Shown here piece after piece: positions 48,176 to 61,177 of a DNA stretch of 64,000 nucleotides. The position numbers and the translations under genes were made by a program. Below the pieces are notes generated by a model. That model had not been told where the DNA came from, ran no database searches, and worked only from the letters and a program-made list of their open reading frames with translations. This stretch comes from Chiloscyllium plagiosum (lineage: Eukaryota): positions 7,877,901 to 7,941,900 of the forward strand of contig NC_057749.1 of NCBI RefSeq assembly GCF_004010195.1, written 5' to 3'. Positions within the stretch are counted from its first letter, which is position 1, and the number at the start of each line of letters is the position of its first letter.

Positions 48176-49344
48176 CTCAGTATGAAAAGGTTGCTCCTCA
48201 GGTTCCTTTTCAATCTTTCCCCTCTGGCTTTAAACCCATTCACTCTACTTTTGGACTCCCCTACTTTTACATATGATTTTACCCTCATGATTTTACATAT
48301 CTATATAAGGTCACCCCTCAGCCTCCTTCGCTCCAGAGAAAAACGTCTCAGACTGTTATTTAAAATCATGATGGAATATGTGCGACCAGAATTGGAGGAA
48401 TGTAGCAATCTTAAAATCTTGTAGGGCTCTTAGGATTACACACTTAGGGAGGGGATGGCAACATGGAGGATTTAAAATTGAAGATTCACTGAACAGAGAA
48501 CCAGTGAAAGTCAGCCAGCACAGGAGTGTTCAAAGTGTTCATAAGATTGAGAGCGTGTCAATATCAACTAAATTAAATTAAATTATTCCACTTTCCCTAT
48601 CATTCTTCAAGTTATAATACAAAGTGAGCAAAGATCGTGAATTTTGCTTTTCCAGAAAGATTTTATGTCTTTTTTTATTATCGTGTTTCATAACTCACAT
48701 CTTTGAGAATCACACCAGTCTCCAGTTTAATTACAATTTTTTGGCAATTTTGCACTATTTTAATGGGATAAAGGAGAAAGGGAGAAAATTATGCAGATAT
48801 GTGCACTCGTTAAAACAATAACAAATAAATAATTAACAAAGCCACGAGAGTTAGCAGCTCTGATTCTCAAAATATTGGCACATCGCAACTTTTATGATAA
48901 AGTTGCAAGAAGACTTTGCCCCATATCACATCTCCCAAAAATGTCTCACAAGTATTAAAAAGTAAAACTGGCCAGTCTGTGCACTGCAAAGCTCCAGAGA
49001 ATACGTGACGAGATGGAGGAGAAATTTATGTTGCGTTTTAGATTCAGGAAGGAATATTGTCCAGGAATTGATGGCTGTTTCTGAAACTCTACAAGGCAGT
49101 TATATATGACTACATGAAGCACAGGAACACCTAGGTGGGTCATTTGTTGAACACAAACTCCTCAGTAACATTCTTAACTGAAACAAGAGAATATGTGTCA
49201 TTTAATTTGTTATTTCTGTCTGTATGACATGAAGGTTAGTCCAACTTTTGGGCATAACTTAATGATGAAAACAGCTGAAATAAAAACTTGAAGTGTTCTT
49301 TGACTCTTCCCTCAAGATCATGAATGTCTTTATTCTACTTTTCT

Positions 49345-49800
49345 AATATTCATTCATGGGATGTGGGTATCTCTGGCTGGATAAATACTTATTGCCCATC
49401 CCGAGTTTCATTTTGAGAAGGTGGAGGTGAGCTGCCTTCTTGAACCATTGCAGTCCATGTGCTGTAGATCGATCCACATTGCCATTAGGGAGGGAGTTCC
49501 AAACATTTGGTGTAGTGACTCTGAATGTATGGTGATACATTTCCGAGTCAGGATAGTGAGTGGTTTGGAGAGGAATTTAGTGACAGCAGTGTTTGTGTGT
49601 ATCTGCTGCCCTCACCCTTCTAGAATGAAGTGTCTGCAGGCTTGGAAGGTGCTGTCTAAGGATCTTTTGTGAATCCCTGCAGGACATCTTGTAGATGGTA
49701 CACTGTGCTGCTAATGAGTTCGTTGGTGAAGGGAATTGATACTTATGGATGTGGTGCCAATCAAACCAGCTGCTTTGTCCTGGGTGGTTTCAAGCTTCTT
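49345..49800 (-). mobile_element. RTE-X-like LINE 3' end
   Basis: Minus strand translates PNVWNSLPNGNVDRSTAHGLQWFKKAAHLHLLK; also at 2460, 27005 and 53690. Confidence 0.65.
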
Positions 49801-50163
49801 GATGTTGAGTGTTCTGTGTTATGGGTCCTGAGGTGATTGAAGAGTCTAACACTGGTGGTGTTTGCAGAGGCAGGTGCATGGGATAATCGGCTTCCTGCTC
49901 TCTCCTTTCACTGTTTGCATTTGGCCTTTACTCAGACCTGATGGAGATGGTTAGCACTTTTGTGAAGCCCTCTTCTCCACTTTGGAAGGAAAGTTGCCAG
50001 GGTTCGTAGAGGGAAATCCTCCGTGAAACTCCCTGAAATTGACAGCGAACCAAAATATGGGAATATTCAGTCTAAGGCTGCACTAGTGCACTGCAATCAT
50101 GGAGCCAATATAACACAGAAGAAGATTCCTGGCTTCCATGCTGGCTATCTGCAGAACATTAAA

Positions 50164-50620
50164 GTGGCATGGTTGCTCAGTGGTTAGCTCTGCTCACAAC
50201 GTTAGGGAACCAGGTTCAATTCCAGCCTTGGGTGACTGTCTGTGTGAAGTTTGCACATTCTCCTCAAATATGAATGGATTACTGCCAGGTGCTCCAGTTT
50301 CCTCCCACAGTCCAAGGGTGTGCAAGTTAGGTGGATTAGGAGAAAGTGAGGACTGCAGATGCTGGAGACCAGAGTTGAAAAATGTGGTGCTGGAAAAACA
50401 CAGCAGGTCAGGCAGCATCTGAGGAGCAGGAGAATCGACGTTTCGGGCATAAGCCCTTCTTCAGGAAGTTAGGTGGATTGGCCATCGGGCACCTGCAGGC
50501 TCGGTGGATTAGCCATAGTAAATATCAGGCTACTGAGATAGGGTGGGGCCTGTGGGATGCTGTTTGTAGGATTGGTGCAGGACCTGATGGGCAGAATGGC
50601 CTCTTTCTGCTCTGTAGGAA
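50164..50620 (+). mobile_element. HE1-type SINE interrupted by a PLE pseudo-LTR
   Basis: tRNA head and V-domain at 50164-50337; remainder after 50466. Confidence 0.85.
50338..50465 (-). mobile_element. Single PLE pseudo-LTR copy (family A) with intact HHR core
   Basis: TSD aagttaggtggatt at 50324-50337 and 50466-50479; minus strand ttc CTGAAGA a gggc-ttat-gccc GAAAC GT C gatt. Confidence 0.85.
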
Positions 50621-52124
50621 TTCAACCTCAATCAGTCCCATTGCCCCACTCTAGCCCTGTAACCCGGCAACTGTATTTCCTTCAACTGCCCAATTGATTT
50701 CCTTTTGAAATCCCTGAATATCTCTTCAACAACCACCCTCATGATCAGGGAATTCCAATCATAACCATTCTGAGTTGCCAGATTCAAAATGTTAGCTCTG
50801 CTTTCTTCTGACCGATGCTATCAGGCCTGCTGAGTTTCTCCAGCAATTTCTGTTCCAATTCATTTCTCACTGTGTAAGGCTCTTGCCTAGAATCTTAGAT
50901 CGTTGTCTCCTAGTCCTTGTACCAGCAGCAAAATGAAAACAGCTTTCCTTTGTCCACCTTAACTAAACCTCAGTCAAATCTCCCCTCATTTGCTGTTTCT
51001 CCAAGGAAGACAATCCTAGCTTCTCCAACCTAATTTTGTGCAAAAATCCCTCATTGCTGGAATGAGTCTCATCAGTTTCCTCTCCATCCCCTCAAGGAAT
51101 CTTATACCCTTCCTAAACTGGGCCAAAACCACACCCAATTGCCCAAACACACAACACAAAGATTATTGTGAATACGTTGACACATAGATTTCAACATCTG
51201 AGGAGCACTAATCACTTTCTGAACTTTATCCTACAGCATGTTAAGTTACAAACTAAAAGGGAATTTTGTGAGGGCATGTAAAGTGCTATAGAAATGCAAG
51301 TGTTTTTATGCTGCCCGAAGGTGTGTCAGTGCAAGAAATTAAGAACAAAGAAAGCATTCCCTTTTGTTTTGTCTATTCCTCAACCATCAGTGAAACAGGC
51401 TTTGTGATTCCTCATTGCACCGCTATTTGTGAATTGTCATTTGAAAATTTGTTGTTCTCCATGCCATGCCAATTCTGAGACCACCTCGAGTGTTTTATTT
51501 CCATTTATGGGGCTCTGGTTCACTGACTCACATAAAAAATAGCGGGACAAATAGGGCAACGCCAGACAGTGTACTCAAGATGCTTGAGAGAGGGAATTGA
51601 ATGCACTACCATTAAGTCAGGGACAACAATGCTAGCAACTGAGCTAACAGATAAACCCCCAACATAGATTTAGCCCATTAGAAGATAACAGCATAAAAAA
51701 AGGAGCAGGAATAGGCCATTAAACCCCATGAGCCAATCAAGATTGATCTGATTACGGTTACAACTCTATTTTCATGCCTTTTCCCTGCAATTCCTGACTG
51801 CTGAGTCTTTGGAATTCCATTCCTCAAAAGGCAATGGATGTAGAATCTTTAAATACTGTATATTTAAGACAGAAGTGCATGGATTCTTCATGAAAAATTA
51901 TCGGGGATATGCAGGAATGAAGATTTGAGGGTAAATCGTGAGCAACCATGATGTTATTGAATAGGGCAGCAGGCTCAAAGGGCCGACTGGCCTCCTCTTG
52001 TTTCTTGCTTGAACAAATTCAATGACCCAGCCACCACAGAGTCATAGAGCTGTACAGCACAGAAACAGACCCTTCAGTCCAACTCGTCCATGCCAACCAG
52101 ATATCCTACATTATTCTAGCCCCA

Positions 52125-52230
52125 AGAGAGAAAATGCTGGAAAATCTCAGCAGGTCTGGCAGCATCTGTAAGGAGAGAAAAGAGCTGATGTTTCGAGTCT
52201 AACTGACCCTTTGTCAAAGCTTTTATCCAG
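52125..52230 (-). mobile_element. PLE pseudo-LTR copy (family C) inserted in a CR1 tail (52038-52475)
   Basis: 16-bp TSD cattattctagcccca at 52109-52124 and 52231-52246. Confidence 0.82.
52183..52221 (-). ncRNA. Variant hammerhead motif with U3-A8 core
   Basis: agct TTGACAA a gggtc-agtta-gactc GAAAC aT C agct. Confidence 0.58.
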
Positions 52231-54523
52231 CATTATTCTAGCCCCATTTGCCAGCACTGGGCCCATATCCTTCTAAGCTCTTCCTATTCATATACCCATC
52301 CAGATGCCTTTTGAATGCTGTAATTGTGCCAGCTTCCACCACTTCTTCTGGCCGCCCATTCCATACATGCACTACCCTCTTTGTGACAAAGCTGTCCTGA
52401 GATCCCTTTCGAATCTTTCCCCTCTCAGCTTAAACCTGTGCCCTCTAGTTTTGGACTCCCCCACCCCAGGGAAAAGATCTCATCATCGAGGGACAGAATT
52501 CCAAAGACTACTGACCCCTTGAGAGAAGAAATTCCTCCTCATCTCCATCTTCCCTGTGTGCAGCTTTATTTTGAAATTGTGTTCCCTAGTTCGAAATCTC
52601 CCAGGATAGCATGAAAGCATTCACTCAGCACCCATCGCTGTCAAATCCTTTCTGGCTATGGTATTTCAACAAGATCAACTCTCATTCTTCTAATCCTCAT
52701 AAGATAGCAACTTCATCCCAGTAATCAGTCTAATAAATCTTCTCTGAACTGCCTATAAAGCAAATATGGTTCTCCTCAATGGCCATAGGGCTAAGCAATC
52801 TAACACTGTGGATTCAGATTCTAAGATCTCAGGAAGATATGGGTTTAAAGTCTTGCAACTACCACTGTGTTAGGGATGGCTCTTTTGCTGCAGTAGCAAT
52901 GTCCCTGCCCCTGAACCAGGAGAACCACTTGCTCCAGAGGTGTTTAATAACATCCCTGAACAGTTTGATTCGGAAAGTACCAATCTGGCCTCAAGTAAGG
53001 CAGCCTGTACTAATACCGTACAAGCACTGGTTAAAATGGATATCGGGTCACCTCTAAAGATAGAGCAGATCAAGCTACACCTTTTAAAGTCTTGAATCGA
53101 AACGTTCCAGCAACTTGGCATCGCCAAAACATTCTGAAGCATACAATTATTGAACATCACACTATAAACTAACAGTCAAACTATATACTTCACCATAAAA
53201 GCGGAAGGTATTTTGAAATATACTGCCAATTAATTACATAAATTGAATGCAAGTATAATTTGAAAAGGATGGCTCCACTAATCCCTAAACAAATAAACAA
53301 AACACATTGCAGTGTTTGCATATCTTGCAGTTTAAAGCCTTGGTGTTTGTGATTTATTAATCTTACTGTGTGACTTTGTCAACAGTAAGAGAGCATCAAG
53401 AGGTTTCTTCATAATTAAGCAGGTTTTAATCATCCCAGTAGTTACATTTTGTGTCAGAACTTGGCACTGTGACACAATTGTAAGTGTTTATTTCTTACCT
53501 CAAAATGATTGCTTGACTTGAAAATTGATATTCAAGGCAACTTGTCATCCAAACTGGCCATCTCAAAGCTTCAGTTTAACCCCTCACCAAACTTCCCCCC
53601 CCAATTAATCAATATGGTCCACCATCTATCCCCTCCAATCCCCAAATGTGCCCAAATCAAGCAATCTCATGCTTTTTGTTTTGTTATTCTTTAGTGGGAT
53701 GCAAGCATTATTGACAAGGCCAATGCCCGCTGCCCATCTCTAACTGACCTTGAAAAGCTGATGGTGAGCCCACTTCTTGAACCATTTGTGTGGTGTTGAT
53801 ACAACCACTGAGCTGTTTGGGAGGGAGTTCCAGGATTTTAACCCAGCAACACTGAAGGAATGGTGATATGTTTCCAAGTCGAGATGATGTGTGACTTGGA
53901 GGGAACTTGCACAGGTAAGTGTTTCCATGTATCTACTGCCTTTGTCCTTCTACCTATTAGATGTGACAGATACTTCATTTTGCAATTGTACTTTAGATCT
54001 ATAATCTCTCACGATAGAGCAAAGGCATTCCCTCAGCACCAATCCTTCAACTCTCCTCAGGCTGTTAAATCTGTCAATAAAATTGACGCTCATTCTTCTA
54101 AGCCCTAGTAGGTCCAACCCACACAAACTTTCCTCCTAAAAAAAAACACTTGCATCTGCAGGTTTGGAAGATTCTGTTCAACAAACTTTGTTGAGGTACA
54201 GCAGGACCTCCTGCAGATGGTACATACTGCTGCCACTGTGCATCAGTGGTTGAGGGTGGTAGATGGGGTATGAATCAAGCTAGTTGCTTTGTTCTCAATA
54301 GTGTTGAACTCCTTGAGTGTTGTCATATTTGCATCCTTCCAAGCAAATGCCGGAGGTTACTTGGCCCCTCGAGCCTGTTCTGCCATTCAATAAGGTTATG
54401 GTTGATTTTGATTACTCTTCATTTCCACTTACCCTTGATAACCTGTCAAATGCCCTTGTTTATCACAATCTATCTACCACCTAAACACATATACAGTTGG
54501 TTTTATATCACACGATAGTTTTT

Positions 54524-54841
54524 GATTAGATTAGATTCCCTACAGTGTGGAAACAGGCCCTCCGGCCCAACAAGTCCACATCGACCCTCCGAAGAGTAAC
54601 CCACCCAGACCCATTTCCCTCTGACTAATGCACCTAATACTACGGGCAATTTAGCATGGCCAATTCACCTGACCTGCACATCTTTGGACTGTGGGAGGAA
54701 ACCGGAGCACCCGGAGGAAACCCACGCAGACATGGGGAGAACGTGAAAACTCCACACAGACAGTCACCCAAGACAGGAATCGTACCTGGGACCCTGGTGC
54801 TGTGAGGCAGCAGTGCTAACCACTGAGCCACTGTGCCACCC
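54524..54841 (-). mobile_element. Full-length HE1-type SINE
   Basis: (attag)n tail, V-domain, tRNA head. Confidence 0.93.
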
Positions 54842-55019
54842 AGTTCTTGTACATCTCACATTATACGAAAATCCAGCAATAGCAGCGCCACTTAAACTAA
54901 TGGGGCTGGAATTGGTGTTGTAGAGAGTACAGGTAAAGAATTTTGTGTTCTACAAGCAATGGTCTAAATTCTTCATTAAAATCAATTTGTGTTGGAGAAG
55001 CTCCTCTTACAGCAGAAGC

Positions 55020-55262
55020 GACTGTACCAACAGGTTCAAACACAGCTTCTACCCCGCTGTTATTAGAATTCTGAATGGACCTCTCAAATTTCGAATGTAA
55101 TGTTGATCTTGCTTTTTTGTGCACCTTCTTTGCAGCTGTAACTTTGTATGCCTTTCTCTGTTCCATGATCTTTGTACGGTATGATCTGCCTGGACTGCAT
55201 GCCAAACAGAACCCTCCATTGTATCGAGGTACATGTGACAGCAATACATCAAATCAAATAAA
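55020..55262 (+). mobile_element. Rex1/Babar LINE 3' end (a shorter copy lies at ~56410-56535)
   Basis: tgtaccaacaggttcaaacacagcttctaccccgctgttattagaattctgaat (TNRFKHSFYPAVIRILN) plus aaatcaaat tail. Confidence 0.8.
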
Positions 55263-55657
55263 AACTCCACCTTAGAAATATTGAAAGACTTTGTTTCCAT
55301 TGATTTTTGAGGAGGAGAGGTCCAAATATACATGACTCACTTTGTGATAAATAGAATCCTTAACTTTGTCTAAAATGGGTGATCCTTTATTTTGAACCAT
55401 CACCCCAGGTTCTAAATTCTCTAGATTCCACATTCCACAAGACTTTTCCACAATCATCCTACCAAGACTCCTCAGGATTTTGTATGTTTCATGCAGATTG
55501 CCTCTTATTTCTTCAGACTCTAGTGGATATAAGCCTGTCCCACCTTCCCTTTCCTAGTTGAAGAACTAACTCAATAAAAATTGACAATTTAAATTAAATC
55601 ATATTTGCCCCTTCAACCTTCCTTACAGAAATATTTGCATGATTTCAGAGGCATCGA

Positions 55658-56104
55658 ACTACTCCTTACTTTTTGTTCTATAATATTCATGTCATAAAAA
55701 CCTTTCTCTCAGCAGGTGAACAATATTTCTAACACTCTCCCTTTGACTCTTGCTCAATTCATGCAGTCCATAGTCTTAAGAGTATACGTACATAACATCG
55801 CACAATTTCTTTAAAAGCATATTAAGCTGCTCCCTCTTATGAATTTCACCATACATGAAGATAGAAGGCGAAAGTGAGGACTGCACTACTCCTTACTTTT
55901 TGTTCTATAATATTCATGTCATAAAAACCTTTCTCTCAGCAGGTGAACAATATTTCTAACACTCTCCCTTTGACTCTTGCTCAATTCATGCAGTCTTAAG
56001 AGTATACATACAGAACATCGCACAATTTCTTTAAAAGCATATTAAGCTGCTCCCTCTTATGAATTTCACTATACATGAAGATAGAAGGCGAAAGAGAGGA
56101 CTGC
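55658..56104 (+). repeat. Tandem duplication, 227 bp + 220 bp
   Basis: actactccttactttttg... starts at 55658 and 55885; the second copy lacks 7 bp. Confidence 0.95.
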
Positions 56105-56216
56105 AGATGCTGGAGATTAGAGTCAAGATTAGAGTGGTGCTGGAAAAGCACAGCAGGTCAGGCAGCATCTGAGGAGCAGGAAAATCGACGTTTCAGGCAG
56201 GAGCTCTTCATCAGGA
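56090..56216 (-). mobile_element. Single PLE pseudo-LTR copy (family A)
   Basis: TSD aagat(a/g)gaaggc at 56078-56089 and 56217-56228; HHR motif at ~56183-56217. Confidence 0.82.
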
Positions 56217-56559
56217 AAGATGGAAGGCTGACAGTCACCTGTTACAGACTTTGCCAGGTTGACGTCTTGGTCAGCATGGCCAATGTTCAGCCATGGTGAT
56301 AAATGGAACTCACTGAATAGAGGCAGGACCTTCTGCAGTTACTGCCTCAGAACGACTGCCTGATCACCCTCCAGCAGTCCTTTACAAGACCTTAGAAACA
56401 TAATTCACCCACATCGTATTCCTTGCTCTGTTCTATCATTCTTTGATCTTTGTATGGTATGATCTACCTGTATTGCACACAAAACAAAACTTCTCACTGT
56501 ACTTAGGTACATGCAACCATAATAAATCAAATCAAAATTTGTTCTCCTGCAGGCAATCA

Positions 56560-56900
56560 GAGCCAGTCAGCTAAGCAACTCCTTTATAGCCTCAGGGTCA
56601 GAGAGTTGTGGGCTTGGGTCCCAGGTCAGAGCACAAATCTAGGTCAAAACTTAGTGCCATGTTACTTAGTTCAGAGGAAGTGCTGCACCTCTATAGCAAC
56701 TGCCTTTACAATGACACTGTCTTCCCTCAATTATGACAGCAGACGATCTGCTCATTACTTCATTGCTGTTTGCGGCAGATTGCTGTGCAGAACTTGACTG
56801 TCACATTTCCTACGAGCACGCAGGAAGATGAGTGCAAAAGCACTTGGTTGGCTTTTAGAGCCTTGAGCTTCTGAAAGGTGCTATACAAATCCAAGTCTTT
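56560..56900 (+). mobile_element. Ancient Deu-domain SINE remnant (SacSINE1/AmnSINE-like)
   Basis: gaggaagtgctgcac..., cattgctgtttgcggcagattgctgtgc..., tgaaaggtgctatacaaatccaagtc; related pieces at ~1680, 35205, 44800 and 51270. Confidence 0.55.
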
Positions 56901-57314
56901 TAAATCTCTAATTGACGTTTATTTTCTAAAGTCTTGCAGATTGCCAGGTTGTTGCAAGTTGTTGCAAAACCTCTTTGCTCGCTGCTAAAAAGTAGTTTGC
57001 TTTTCGTTCCCTTCAGGGGTGAAACTGCAATCCATCAGTGCCAACATGGGCTGGTATTTGTAATCTCCCTCTCACAGGGACACAGATAGATGCACCAATC
57101 TCTCTCCCCTCGAGTATCTGAAACCAACCTCAAAGACTGCTCCATGTGAAAGACATAGTTCTGTTTTTTTGCTTTGAGATTTGGTAGCTATTACATTATA
57201 ATGCACTGAGCTACCATTTTAACCATACTCCGAGGATCCACTATTTTGAGGGTAAGTTATGAACTTATTTCAGGACTTGAGTACATTATACTGCCATTGG
57301 ACAAAAAAACAGAT

Positions 57315-59740
57315 GGCAGTACAGCACAAGAACAGACCCTTCGGCCCACCAAGCCTGCGCCGACACATGACACTTTTTAAAAGTAAAATCCTTTTGCCTC
57401 TACACAGTCCATATCCCTCTATTTGAATATCTGTTAAGATTCCTCTGAAACATTGCTACTGCTCCTCTGGCAGCCCATTCCAGGCACTTAGCACCCTCTA
57501 TGTAAAATACATGCCTCTCACATCTCCTTTAAACTTACCCCTTTTACGTTAAATCTGTGGGCTCAAATAACTGGGAAAAAGACTCCAATGACTCAGTCTC
57601 TCATAATATGGTAAATTTCTGTTAGGTTGCTTTTCTATAACATTCAAGTGAAAACAAATCAAGTTTGTCCAATCTCTCCTCAACCAGGCAACATCCTGGT
57701 AATCCATTCCTATATCCTTTCCATAGCCCAATACAATATTCCAGATGTGGCTTTACTAAACACTATCTGCCATTTCTCCTCCCAAGTCTCCAGTCTATCT
57801 ATCTCCTGCTGTATCCTCTGGCAATCCTTCTCATTATCCGCAGCTCCCCTAGTCTTTCAGTCATTCACAACTTACTGATTAGGCTAACTACATGGTCCTT
57901 CAAATCATTTATATATATTACAAGCAAAAATCTAATCTAATCTAATCTAATCCCAGCACTAATTCCTGCAGAACACCACTGGTCACAGATCTCCAGTCTG
58001 AAATCCACGCCCCCCTCCACTGCTACTCTGTCTTCTATAACTAAACTAATTCTGTATCCATCATACTAGCTCACTGCAGATCCTATGTGACTTCACCTTT
58101 ATATCAGGGACCTTGTCTAAGGCCTTGCCAAAGTCCCCATAGGCAACATCCACTGCCCTCATTGTCCCTTCCTCAAAAAGCTCAATCAAGGTTGTGAGAA
58201 ATGGGCTTCCCTTCACAACACCCTGCTGCCTATCACTAATAAGTCCATATTTTTTCCAAATGTGAGTCAATTCTACCCCTAAGAATTTTCTCCAATATTT
58301 CCCTACCACTGATGTAAAGCTCACGGGCCTGTCATTTCCTGGATCATTCCTGAAGAAGGGCTTATGCCCGAAACATCGATTCTCCTGTTCCTTGGATGGC
58401 TGCCTGACCTGCTGCGCTTTTCCAGCAACACATTTTCATTTCCTGGATTATCCCTTCTGAAAGAAAGTAACAACATTGGCTACTCTTCAACCCCCTGGAA
58501 CTTCTCCTGTGACTAAAGAGGATACAACGATTTCATACAAGGCCCCAGCAATTTCCTCACCTGCCTCCCTCAGCATTCTGGGATAGACCCCATCCGGTCT
58601 GGGGACTTGTCTACCTTAATGCTTTCCAAAACAGCCACCACCACCTCCCTTTTTATATTGACTCGCCCCAGATGATCAACATGCCCGCCCCAAGATTCAC
58701 GATCCACCATGTCCTTCTCCTTTGCGAATATCGATACAAAGGATTTGTTAAGGACCTTGCCCACTTCCTCTGGCTTCACGCATAAATTCCCTCCTTTGTC
58801 CTTGAGTGGACTTAACCTTTCCCTAACTACCCTCTTGTTCCTTATATATGTATAAAATGCCTTGGGATTTTCCTCAATCTTGTTTACCAAAGATATTTCC
58901 TTAGCCCTCCTAAGTCGTTGTTTGAATTCTTCCCTGTTACCTTTATATTTTTTGAGGACTCTGTCTGTCTTCAGTTTCCTAAACCTTGTATTTGCCTCCC
59001 TTTTCTTCTTGATGAAGCTCTTAATATTTCTTGTCATCTAAGGTTCCTGAAACTTGCAAACTCTATCCTTCATTTTCACGAGAACATGCCAGTCCTGAAT
59101 TCGACTGGCCTTTAAAAGATTCCCACATGCCAGATGTGGATTTACCCTCAATAGCTGTCCTCAATTTACATTTCTGCCTGTATTATGGTTGTTAGGTTTC
59201 TTCCAATTTAATATTTTCACCCGAAGGCCACATTTAAGTAATCTAAAACTTACAGAATTATGGTCACTATTCCCAAAATGCTCCCCCACTGAAACTTTGA
59301 TCACCTGGCTGGGCTCATTCCCCAATACCAGGTCTAGTAAGGCCCCTTCCCTAATTAGACTATCTCCATACTGTTTCTAAAAACTCTGACCTGGGCACGC
59401 TTAACAAATCCTTTTGCCCCCATCCAAGCCCTTGACACTAACCCAGTTAGTACAGGGGAAGTTAAAATCATCAAATCACAACAACCCAGTTCTTTTTACA
59501 TTTTCCATAATCTGTACACATATCTGTTCCTTTATCATGAACTCACTAAATGTGCTATCTACCACATTCACAGCCTCATGGATGCTCCATAGTGAGTCCA
59601 TCCACTGCTCCCGGTGCTCCATCTGGTAAATCAGACGATGCAGCTGAACACACTTTCTGCATTTGGAGTCACCACAGAGACCACAAGTGACTCTGATTTC
59701 CCTGTATTCCACAGGGCTGAGTTCTCCTGCCATTGTGAAC
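57315..59740 (-). mobile_element. Older CR1 LINE with internal deletions (ORF1 zinc-finger/coiled-coil remnant, endonuclease, linker, RT, 3' end)
   Basis: CGLCGDSKCRKCVQL...MDSLWSIHE; KIEENPKAFYTYIRNKR...IKVDKSP; DRQQG...DFGKALDKVP. Confidence 0.88.
58345..58435 (+). mobile_element. Short PLE pseudo-LTR copy (family A) with HHR motif
   Basis: TSD tcatttcctggat at 58332-58344 and 58436-58448; attcctgaagaagggcttatgcccgaaacatcgatt. Confidence 0.82.
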
Positions 59741-61177
59741 ACTACCGACTAAATCAACCTAATCAAAGACAGACTATATTCCAGAAATTGATTACGCACT
59801 CTTACCCACTCCTTAACAAACTCAGGTCTCTCACTCCCACTCTCTGTTGCCAACAAACTACAATGACAATAACTAACCACATTATCTCTCTCCAGGCACT
59901 ACTCACTGAGTCAGTAAACCTGGTTCTTGACCAACCAAGTCTCAGTCACGTTGTGAGTTGTGATATCACCTCTGGAAGTCTGCCCCTAGATTCACTCCCA
60001 AGTTCACTCTGACTGACATTGCTCCTTAGGTATATATCCTCCTGTTTCCCCCCATGTTCACTCTGACTGACCCTGCTCCTCAGATATACACCCTACTGCC
60101 ACTATTCACCCCAGAATTATATATCATGTCATAGTTCTTTACAGTGTAGAACTTCAGCTATCAATTATTCAATTCTAGTACACCTGATTGGATGTATGAA
60201 AACAGTAATTTACCCAGGGCCATGCTGTGTGGTGAGGTAGCAGGGCCAGTGTGGCCCCCAAAAAAACATTTTTAAATCAACCTGTTCAGAGCTGCTATCA
60301 TGCACCACTGGAGCAGGTGGGACTTGAACATTGGTCTCCCAGCCCCAGGGTAGAGTCCTTATCACCCTGGCCCAAAGCTTCACTTTAGAGATGCTTTCAG
60401 CATGACATGGAGATGCGAGACATCAGCTGTTCCATCTGGGAGTCGCCATCTGGTGAAAGAGGGAAAATGGCAACACCTCCCGTACACTGGCATGTACTAC
60501 AATGATGACCAACAATGACAACACCTTGGCTATCGGGTCCCGATATCCAGCACAACAATCTGCAACCTCTCTTACCATCTTTGTGTGCAGTGTTCATGCC
60601 ACAACCTGTCATAGAAATTTAGAAAATAGGAACAGAAGTAGGCCGTTCAGACCCTTCAAGTCTGCTTAATGTCATCATGAATAATCATCCAACTCAGTTC
60701 CCTATTGGATGTTCTCCCCCAAACCCTTAGATCCCCTTTGCCCTAAGATCTATGTCTATAGAAAATATTCAATATTCAGTGGCTTCAACCACTTTCTGTG
60801 ACAGAGAATTCTATAGGCTCACCACTGCCTGGGTGAAGACATTTCTCCTCACCTCAGTCCTAAATTGCCTAACCCATACTGTTTGATTGTGACCTCTGAT
60901 CATTGGAAACATTCTTCATGTGTTTACCCTGTCTCATCCTGTTAAACGTTTTTAGGTTTCTGAGATCTCCCCTCTACCCAGCCACCTCATTCTTCTAACT
61001 CCTTTGAAAATAGTCCCAACTGATCCAGTGTGATCATATGTCACTCCTGCTATCTCAGGAATCAGTCTTGTTATACTGTCTCCATAGCTAATACCTCTGA
61101 AGAATTGACTTGCACAGTCAACAGTAAAGACTCCCTACCTAAATATATGGTTTGCCATGTACTCATCAACTGTTATC

